DNA of 40,817 nt from NCBI GenBank assembly GCA_947500965.1, contig CANMWW010000001.1, positions 1 through 40,817 on the forward strand. Direction: 5' to 3'. The notes beneath the pieces are model-generated. The model saw nothing but the letters and a program-made list of their open reading frames with translations. It ran no database searches and had not been told where the DNA came from. Source of the DNA: Alphaproteobacteria bacterium (lineage in GTDB: Bacteria > Pseudomonadota > Alphaproteobacteria > CACIAM-22H2). This document shows positions 20,682 through 27,724 of this stretch, piece after piece. The translations under genes and the position numbers were made by a program. How positions within the stretch are numbered: position 1 is the stretch's first letter; each line of letters opens with the position of its first letter.

Positions 20682-21314
20682 ATGCCCAGGCTCTCCGAGG
20701 CGCAGCAGGCGGCGCGGCGCGAGCGGTTGCTCGACGCAGCGGAGGTCTGCTTCGCCCGCTCCGGCTTCCACGCGGCGACCATGGCCGAGATCGCCCGCGA
20801 GGCGCGGGTCAGCGCCGGCGCGGCCTATGTGTGGTTCGCCTCGAAGGAAGACCTGATCGCCGGCATCGCGGCGCGCGACCGCGCGCGCTTCGCCGCCGAC
20901 TTCGAGGCGATCGCCGACGCCCCGGACTTCGGCGAGGCGCTCGAGGCCTGTGCGCGCTTCCACGTCGTCGAACGACCCGCGCACAAGCGCCGGCTGATGG
21001 TCGAGCTCGCCGCCGAGTCCACGCGCAACGAGGCCGTCGCGCGCAGCTTCCGCAGCGTCGACCGCACGGTGCGCGAATCGCTCCTGCGCGCGCTCGAGCG
21101 ACAGGTCGCCGCCGGGCGCATCGCCCCGGCCATGCCGCCCGCGCGCCTCGTGCCGGTGCTGATGGTGCTGGGCGACGGGCTGTTCCTGCGACGCGCCATC
21201 GACCCCGCCGCGGATCCCGAGGCGCTGCTGGCCTCGCTCATGGAGATGCTGCGCCACGTGCTCGGCCCCGCGCAGGCGAAGGCACCGCGCAGGCGCGCCG
21301 CGAAGCGCCCATGA
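20682..21314 (+). CDS. TetR/AcrR family transcriptional regulator
   Basis: The N-terminal HTH region is RERLLDAAEVCFARSGFHAATMAEIAREARVSAGAAYVWFASKEDL. It is 210 aa and is the first gene of the efflux operon. Confidence 0.85.
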   Translation: MPRLSEAQQAARRERLLDAAEVCFARSGFHAATMAEIAREARVSAGAAYVWFASKEDLIAGIAARDRARFAADFEAIADAPDFGEALEACARFHVVERPAHKRRLMVELAAESTRNEAVARSFRSVDRTVRESLLRALERQVAAGRIAPAMPPARLVPVLMVLGDGLFLRRAIDPAADPEALLASLMEMLRHVLGPAQAKAPRRRAAKRP

Positions 21315-22471
21315 CCCGCGCGCTTCGCCTGGCGCTCGTCCTGGCCCTCGCCGGGGCGACGCCGATCCTCCCGGGCGTTCCCTACGCCGCCGCGACCGAG
21401 GCGCCGCCCATGGCGGTGACCACGATCGCCGCGACCCGCGGCACGGTGGTGGAGACCGTGCTCGTGGATGGCAGCCTGGTGGCGCGCGAGGAGATCCTCG
21501 TCGGGCCACAGGTGGAAGGCCTGCGCATCCTGGAGCTCCTCGTCGAGGAGGGCGACGTCGTCGCCGCCGGGCAACCGCTCGCGCGGCTCGACCGCAGCGG
21601 CCTCGACATCCAGCTCGCCCAGAACGACGCCGCGCTCGCCCGCGCCGCCGCCGCGATCGCCCAGGCGCGCAGCCAGATCGCGCAGGCGGAGGCCGCGGAC
21701 CATGAGGCGACCAGCGCGCTCGAGCGCAGCCGCATCCTCGCCCGCTCCGGCGTCGCCTCGGCCGAGGCGCTCGACCAGCGCCTCGCTGCCGCGCGCGGGG
21801 CCGCGGCGCGCCTCGCCGCCGCGCGCGAGGGCCTGCTCGTCGCCGAGGCCGAGCGCCGCCAGGTCGAGGCGCAGCGCCGCGACATCGAGCTGCGCCTCGC
21901 GCGCAGCACCATCGAGGCGCCGCGTGCTGGCATCGTCAGCCGCCGCGCGGCGCGCATCGGCGCGATCGCCTCGATGGCCGGCGAGCCGCTCTTCCGCATC
22001 GTCGCGGACGGCGCGATCGAGCTCGAGGCCGAGGTTCCCGAGATCAGGCTTCCACGGCTCGCGCCGGGACAGGCGGTGCGCGTCGAGCTGGCCGGGCTGC
22101 CGCCGGTCGAGGGCCGCATCCGCCTCCTGCCCTCCGAGGTCGACCGCGCCACGCGCCTCGGCAGGCTGCGCGTCGCGCTGCCCGTCGATCCTGCCTTGCG
22201 CGTGGGCCGCTTCGCGCGCGGGACGATCGAGACCGCGCGCCGCGAGGCGATCTCGCTGCCGCTCTCCGCGGTGCGCTTCGACGAGCGCGAGGCCTCGGTC
22301 CAGGTCGTCGCGGCGGGCCGCGTCGCGACGCGACGGGTCGTCCTCGGCGCCATCGCGGGGGGGCGCGCGGAGGTCGCGAGCGGCCTCGCCGAGGGCGAGA
22401 GCGTCGTGCTGCGCGCCGGGGCCTTCCTGCGCGACGGCGACGCGGTGCGCGAGGTCAGGCAGCCGCGATGA
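21311..22471 (+). CDS. RND efflux periplasmic adaptor (membrane fusion protein, HlyD/AcrA family)
   Basis: ATGA overlap with tetR. It has a signal peptide, a lipoyl-like segment GPQVEGLRILELLVEEGDVVAAGQPLARLD, an Ala-rich coiled-coil hairpin, then STIEAPRAGIVSRR. Confidence 0.85.
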   Translation: MTRALRLALVLALAGATPILPGVPYAAATEAPPMAVTTIAATRGTVVETVLVDGSLVAREEILVGPQVEGLRILELLVEEGDVVAAGQPLARLDRSGLDIQLAQNDAALARAAAAIAQARSQIAQAEAADHEATSALERSRILARSGVASAEALDQRLAAARGAAARLAAAREGLLVAEAERRQVEAQRRDIELRLARSTIEAPRAGIVSRRAARIGAIASMAGEPLFRIVADGAIELEAEVPEIRLPRLAPGQAVRVELAGLPPVEGRIRLLPSEVDRATRLGRLRVALPVDPALRVGRFARGTIETARREAISLPLSAVRFDEREASVQVVAAGRVATRRVVLGAIAGGRAEVASGLAEGESVVLRAGAFLRDGDAVREVRQPR

Positions 22472-25400
22472 GGCTCGACGTCTCCGCCTGGGCGATCCGC
22501 AACCCGATCCCGCCGATCGTCCTGTTCCTCGTGCTGGGCGTCCTTGGCGTCGTCGCGTTCCGCGGCCTGCCGATCACGCTCTTCCCCAACATCGACATCC
22601 CCATCGCCACGGTGACGGTGACGCAGGCCGGCGCCGCGCCGGAGGAACTCGAGAAGCAAGTCACGCGCAGGATCGAGGATGCCGTGTCCGGCATCGCCGG
22701 CGTCAAGCACATCATCTCCAAGGTGTCCGACGGCCAGTCGCTGACCACCATCGAGTTCCGGATCGAGACGCGCATCGACCGCGCGGTGAGCGACGTCAAG
22801 GACGCGATCGCGAAGATACGCTCCGACCTGCCGCGCGCGATCGACGAGCCGATCGTCCAGCGGCTTGACGTCGCCGGCCTGCCGATCCTCGTCTACGCGG
22901 CGGACTCGCCCGCGCGCTCGATCGAGGAGCTGTCGTGGTTCGTCGACGACGTGGTGATCCGCCGGCTGCAGGCACTGCGCGGCGTGGGATCGGTCGAGCG
23001 CATCGGCGGGGCGACGCGCGAGATCCGCGTGCTGCTGGATCCCGCCCGGCTCGCGGCGCTGGGCGTGACCGCGGCGGAGGTCAACCGCCAGCTGCGCGCC
23101 ACGCGCGTCGATCTCGCGGGCGGGCGCGTCGAGCTCGGCGGGCAGGAACAGGCCGTGCGCACCCTCGCGGCGGCGAGCCGCATCGCGCAGCTGGAGGAGA
23201 CCAAGCTCGTCATCGGCGGCGGGCGCACGCTTCGCCTCGCCGACGTCGCGACGATCGAGGACGGAATCGCCGAGCCGCGCAGCTTCGCCCGGCTCGACGG
23301 CCGGCCGGTCGTGGCCTTCGCGATCTCCCGCGCGCGCGGCGCGAGCGACGCCACCGTGACCGAGGCGGTGGAGAAGGAGCTCGCGGCGATCCGCGCCGCC
23401 AATCCCGGCACGAGCTTCGCGGCGATCGACGGGACGGTGCGCTACACGCTGGGCAACTACCGCTCGGCGATGCGCGCGCTCGTCGAGGGCTCGATCCTCG
23501 CCGTGCTCGTCGTCTTCGCCTTCCTGCGCGACCTGCGCGCCACGGTCATCTCGGCGGTCGCGCTGCCGCTGGCCGCGATCCCCGCCTTCTGGGCGATGAG
23601 CGCGCTCGGCTTCTCGCTCAACCTCGTCAGCCTGCTCGCGATCACGCTGGTCACCGGCATCCTGGTCGACGACGCGATCGTCGAGGTCGAGAACATCGTG
23701 CGGCACATCCGCATGGGGAAGTCGCCCTACCGCGCCGCGCTGGAGGCCGCGGACGAGATCGGCCTCGCGGTCATCGCCATCACCCTCACCATCGTCGCGG
23801 TCTTCGCGCCGGTGAGCTTCATGGGCGGCATCCCAGGCCAGTACTTCATGCAGTTCGGCCTGACCGTGGCCGCGGCGGTGCTGTTCTCGCTGCTCGTGGC
23901 GCGGCTGCTGACGCCGCTGCTCGCCGCCTACTTCATGCGTCCCGACGCGCGCCCCGAGCACGAGGGCCGCATGACCGCGGCCTATGCCCGGATCCTCGGA
24001 TGGTCGGTGCGCCGGCGCTACGCGGCGGTGGCCGTCGGCATGGCGCTCTTCGCGGCGTCGATCGCGAGCACGCGGCTGCTGCCCTCCGGCTTCCTGCCTC
24101 CGGAGGACAAGGCGCGATCGATCTTCGCGATCGAGCTGCCGCCGGGCGCGCGCCTCGCCGACACCGAGGCGATGTCCGACCGCATCCTCGCGCGGCTGCG
24201 CGCGCTGCCGGAGGTCGCGAGCGTCTTCGTCGATGGCGGGCGCGTGCTCGGCTCGGGCCAGGAGGTCCGCAAGGCCTCGATCGTCGTGAACTTCGTGCCC
24301 AAGGACCAGCGCGCGCGCAGCCAGGCCGTGCTGGAGCAGGCCGTGGGCGCGATCCTCGCCGACGTCCCGGACATCCGTTTCTGGACGGTGAAGGACAACG
24401 GGCAGCGCGCGCTGACGCTGCTCGTCGTCGGGCCGGACCAGCAGGCGGTGGAGGACGCCGCGCGCGCGCTCTACGCCGAGATGCGCCGGCTGCCGCTCCT
24501 CGCCAACACCACCTCGACGATCCCGCTCGACCGGCCGGAGCTGCGCGTGGTCCCGCGCGGCGAGCTCGCCGCCGCGCTCGGCGTGTCCACGGACGCGATC
24601 TCGGAGACGGTGCGCATCGCCACGATCGGCGACGCGGGCGGCAACCTCGCGCGCTTCGACGCCGGCGACCGGCTGGTCCCGATCCGCGTCCAGCTCGAGG
24701 AGTCCGCGCGCGGCGACACGCGCCTCGTCGACACGCTGCGCCTGCCCGCGCGCGACGGCACGACCGTGCCGCTCGCCACCGTGGCGTCCTTCGAGCTCGG
24801 CCGCGGCATCACCAGCGTCGACCGCTACGACCGCGCGCGGCGCATCGCGCTGGAGGCGGACCTGCGCGGCACCGACGCGCTGGGCGCGGCGATCGCCTCG
24901 GTGCGCGCCAGCGAGGCCGCGCGCACCCTGCCGCCGGGCGTCGAGCTGCGGCAGTCCGGCGACGCCGAGGTCATGGCCGAGGTCTTCGCCGGCTTCGCCT
25001 TCGCCATGGGCGCCGGGCTGCTGATGGTCTACGGCGTCATGGTGCTGCTCTTCCGCGGCTTCCTGCAGCCGCTGACGATCCTGTTCTCGCTGCCGCTGTC
25101 GATCGGCGGGGTGATCCTCGGGCTGCTGCTCACGGGCAACGCGATCAGCATGCCCGTGGTCATCGGCATCCTGATGCTCATGGGCATCGTCACCAAGAAC
25201 GCCATCCTCCTGGTCGACTTCGCCGTCGAGGCGATCGCGCGCGGCATGCCGCGCGACGAGGCGATCGTCGAGGCCGGGCGCAAGCGCGCGCGGCCGATCG
25301 TCATGACCACGATCGCGATGATCGCGGGCATGGTGCCGGCCGCGCTCGCGCTCGGCGATGGCGGGGAGTTCCGCGCGCCGATGGCGATCGCGGTGATCGG

Positions 25401-25563
25401 TGGCCTCGCCGTGTCGACGATGCTCTCGCTGCTCTTCGTCCCCGCCGCCTTCTGCGTCGTCGATGACATCGAGGGCGCGATCGCGCGGCGGCTGCGCCCG
25501 CTGGCCGGGCCGACCGACGAGACGCAGGCGCCGCTTGACGCCGGCGCCCGCCGGGAGGCCTGA
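22468..25563 (+). CDS. RND family efflux transporter permease (AcrB-like, 1031 aa)
   Basis: ATGA overlap with the MFP gene. The N-terminus is AWAIRNPIPPIVLFLVLGVLGVVAFRGLPITLFPNIDIPIATVTV. It has 12-TM architecture and the motifs GILVDDAIVEVENI and GIVTKNAILLVDFA. Confidence 0.9.
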   Translation: MRLDVSAWAIRNPIPPIVLFLVLGVLGVVAFRGLPITLFPNIDIPIATVTVTQAGAAPEELEKQVTRRIEDAVSGIAGVKHIISKVSDGQSLTTIEFRIETRIDRAVSDVKDAIAKIRSDLPRAIDEPIVQRLDVAGLPILVYAADSPARSIEELSWFVDDVVIRRLQALRGVGSVERIGGATREIRVLLDPARLAALGVTAAEVNRQLRATRVDLAGGRVELGGQEQAVRTLAAASRIAQLEETKLVIGGGRTLRLADVATIEDGIAEPRSFARLDGRPVVAFAISRARGASDATVTEAVEKELAAIRAANPGTSFAAIDGTVRYTLGNYRSAMRALVEGSILAVLVVFAFLRDLRATVISAVALPLAAIPAFWAMSALGFSLNLVSLLAITLVTGILVDDAIVEVENIVRHIRMGKSPYRAALEAADEIGLAVIAITLTIVAVFAPVSFMGGIPGQYFMQFGLTVAAAVLFSLLVARLLTPLLAAYFMRPDARPEHEGRMTAAYARILGWSVRRRYAAVAVGMALFAASIASTRLLPSGFLPPEDKARSIFAIELPPGARLADTEAMSDRILARLRALPEVASVFVDGGRVLGSGQEVRKASIVVNFVPKDQRARSQAVLEQAVGAILADVPDIRFWTVKDNGQRALTLLVVGPDQQAVEDAARALYAEMRRLPLLANTTSTIPLDRPELRVVPRGELAAALGVSTDAISETVRIATIGDAGGNLARFDAGDRLVPIRVQLEESARGDTRLVDTLRLPARDGTTVPLATVASFELGRGITSVDRYDRARRIALEADLRGTDALGAAIASVRASEAARTLPPGVELRQSGDAEVMAEVFAGFAFAMGAGLLMVYGVMVLLFRGFLQPLTILFSLPLSIGGVILGLLLTGNAISMPVVIGILMLMGIVTKNAILLVDFAVEAIARGMPRDEAIVEAGRKRARPIVMTTIAMIAGMVPAALALGDGGEFRAPMAIAVIGGLAVSTMLSLLFVPAAFCVVDDIEGAIARRLRPLAGPTDETQAPLDAGARREA

Positions 25564-25578
25564 TCCGGGGACCGTGCG

Positions 25579-26742
25579 ATGCGAGAGCCGCGCCCCATGA
25601 CCGAGCCGCGACAGCCGCCCCGCTACCGCCTCCTCGAGCCGGGCGACCCCGCGCCCTGGTTCGTCCAGCGCTCCACCAGCGCCGAGCGCTACCATTTCGA
25701 TACCGCCGCCGGGCGCTGGATCGTCATGTGCTTCCTCGCGACCGCGGGCGACGCGGCGGGACGCGAGGCGCTGCGCCTTGCCGAGGCCTGCGCCGACCTC
25801 TTCGACGACCGCTTCGCGAGCTTCTTCGGCATCAGCCTCGACCCCGAGGACGAGCGCCTTGGACGCCTCGTGCAGCGCCTGCCCGGCATCCGCCATGTCT
25901 GGGACCGCGACGCGCAGGCGAGCCGCGCCTATGGCTGCGTGCCCGTCGATCCCACGCCCGGGCGCATCGAGGCGCTGCGCCGCTGGGTCCTGCTCGACCC
26001 GATGCTGCGCGTGCGCCGCGTCCTTCCCTTCCAGGGTCCCGACGCGGGGCGCGCCGAGATGGAGCGCATCCTGCGCGCCCTGCCCCCGCCGGCGATGCAG
26101 TCGGGGATCGAGGGCCACGCGCCGGTCCTCGTCCTGCCGGAGGTCTTCGAGCCGGGGTTCTGCCGCCACCTCGTGTCGCTGCACGAGGCGCATGGCGGCG
26201 AGGATTCCGGTTTCATGCGCGAGGTCGACGGCAGGACCGTCGCGGTGAAGGACTACGCGCACAAGCGGCGCAGCGACTACCTCATCGAGGACGAGGCGCT
26301 CATGGAGGCGACGCGCCAGCGCGTGCGCCGGCGCATCGTCCCGGAGATCCGCAAGGCGCACCAGTTCCTGGTCACGCGCATGGAGCGCTACATCGTCGCC
26401 TGCTACGACGGCTCCACGAACGACCATTTCCGCCCGCATCGCGACAACACGACGCGCGGCACGGCGCATCGGCGCTTCGCCGTGTCGATCGCCCTCAACG
26501 ACGGCTACGAGGGCGGCGAGCTGGTCTTCCCCGAATTCGGGCCACGCCGCTACAAGGTCGGCGCCGGCACGGCGATCGTCTTCTCCTGCTCGCTGCTCCA
26601 CACCGTGCTGCCGGTGACCGCGGGGCGGCGCTACATGTTCCTGCCCTTCCTCTACGACGACGAGGCGGCGCGCCAGCGCGAGGCGAACAACGAATTCCTC
26701 GGCGAGGGCGTCGGCGCGTACAGCAGCACGCCCTCGCCCTGA
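25579..26742 (+). CDS. fusion protein: N-terminal redoxin/peroxiredoxin-like fold (apparently Cys-less at the catalytic position) plus C-terminal prolyl-4-hydroxylase-like 2OG-Fe(II) oxygenase
   Basis: The N-terminal part is GDPAPWFVQRS...AGRWIVMCFLATAGDAAGRE, which has an AhpC/TSA-like beginning but no T-x-x-C. The C-terminal part has FRPHRDN (H287-x-D289), GGELVFPEF, LLHTVLPV (H341) and GRRY (R350/351), which together form the 2-His-1-carboxylate plus 2OG-arginine pattern. The alternative ATG at 25597 is possible. Confidence 0.7.
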   Translation: MREPRPMTEPRQPPRYRLLEPGDPAPWFVQRSTSAERYHFDTAAGRWIVMCFLATAGDAAGREALRLAEACADLFDDRFASFFGISLDPEDERLGRLVQRLPGIRHVWDRDAQASRAYGCVPVDPTPGRIEALRRWVLLDPMLRVRRVLPFQGPDAGRAEMERILRALPPPAMQSGIEGHAPVLVLPEVFEPGFCRHLVSLHEAHGGEDSGFMREVDGRTVAVKDYAHKRRSDYLIEDEALMEATRQRVRRRIVPEIRKAHQFLVTRMERYIVACYDGSTNDHFRPHRDNTTRGTAHRRFAVSIALNDGYEGGELVFPEFGPRRYKVGAGTAIVFSCSLLHTVLPVTAGRRYMFLPFLYDDEAARQREANNEFLGEGVGAYSSTPSP

Positions 26743-26812
26743 GAGGCGCACGGAGATTGAAGCGCCGTCGCGCGGCCGCTAGCGTCGGCGCGCCAACGAC
26801 AGGGGGAACGCG

Positions 26813-27718
26813 ATGGCCACGGGCTTCCACGGGATCTACCCGATCCTCTACGCCTTCTTCGACGCGCAGGGCCGCCTCGACCGCGGCGCGATGCGCGCGC
26901 AGGTGGAGGCCTGCGTGCGGCACGGCGCGCATGGCCTCGCCGTGCTCGGCCTCGCGACGGAGACCTACAAGCTGCAGACGCCGGAGCGCCGCCAGGTCCT
27001 CGAATGGGCCGCGGAAGACCTGCGCGGGCGCATCCCGCTCGCGGTCACGATCGCCGAGCCCTCGGTCGCCGGGCAGGTCGAGTTCGCGCGCGCCGCGAAG
27101 TCGGCCGGCGCGTCGTGGGTCATCCTCCAGCCGCCGCCCGCGCCCGGCCTGCCGGAGATCGAGTACGTGCGCTTCTTCGGCGCGGTGGCAGACAAGTGCG
27201 AGCTGCCGCTGGCGGTGCAGAACGCGGCCGGGCTGATCGCGGTGTCGCTGTCGAATGCCGGGCTGGTCTCGCTCAACCGCAACCATCCCAACGTATCGCT
27301 GCTCAAGGGCGAGGGACCGGTGATCGGCATCCAGCGGCTGGTCGAGGAGACGCAGGGCGTCTTCGACATCTTCAACGGCCGCGCGGGCCTCGAGCTCACC
27401 GACAACCTGCGCGCGGGCTGCGCGGGCATGATCCCGGCGCCGGAATGCTTCGACGTGCAGGTGCGCATCTACGAGCTGATGCGCCAGGGAACGAAGGAGG
27501 CCGAGGCGGAGGCCGAGCGCCTCTACCGCGAGATCCTGCCGCTCATCACGCTGCTCATGACCACGATCGAGAACTTCCTGTGCTACGGCAAGCGGATCGT
27601 CGCGCGGCGGCTCGGCATCGCCGAGGTCCATGGCCGCGCGCCGTTCCAGTCGCCGACGCCCTTCGGCCTCGCCGCGGTCGAGCGCGCCTCGGCCTTCCTG
27701 AAGCCCTACGACGCCTGA
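26813..27718 (+). CDS. dihydrodipicolinate synthase / N-acetylneuraminate lyase family protein (class I aldolase-type lyase, substrate unknown)
   Basis: It has GIYPILYAFFD...GAHGLAVLGLATETYKLQTPERRQVLEW (GxxGE-like motif) and a Schiff-base lysine context NVSLLKGEG. It is 301 aa. GGGGGAA lies before the ATG. Confidence 0.7.
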   Translation: MATGFHGIYPILYAFFDAQGRLDRGAMRAQVEACVRHGAHGLAVLGLATETYKLQTPERRQVLEWAAEDLRGRIPLAVTIAEPSVAGQVEFARAAKSAGASWVILQPPPAPGLPEIEYVRFFGAVADKCELPLAVQNAAGLIAVSLSNAGLVSLNRNHPNVSLLKGEGPVIGIQRLVEETQGVFDIFNGRAGLELTDNLRAGCAGMIPAPECFDVQVRIYELMRQGTKEAEAEAERLYREILPLITLLMTTIENFLCYGKRIVARRLGIAEVHGRAPFQSPTPFGLAAVERASAFLKPYDA

Positions 27719-27724
27719 GCCGGG

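Noticed and set aside
21382-26751. A 1789-aa ORF on the minus strand spanning the MFP, RND and oxygenase genes.
   Set aside because: It runs antisense to three genes with clear family motifs. Its translation is low-complexity and Arg/Ala/Gly/Asp-rich with no recognisable domain. This is the typical stop-codon-poor antisense frame of very GC-rich DNA.
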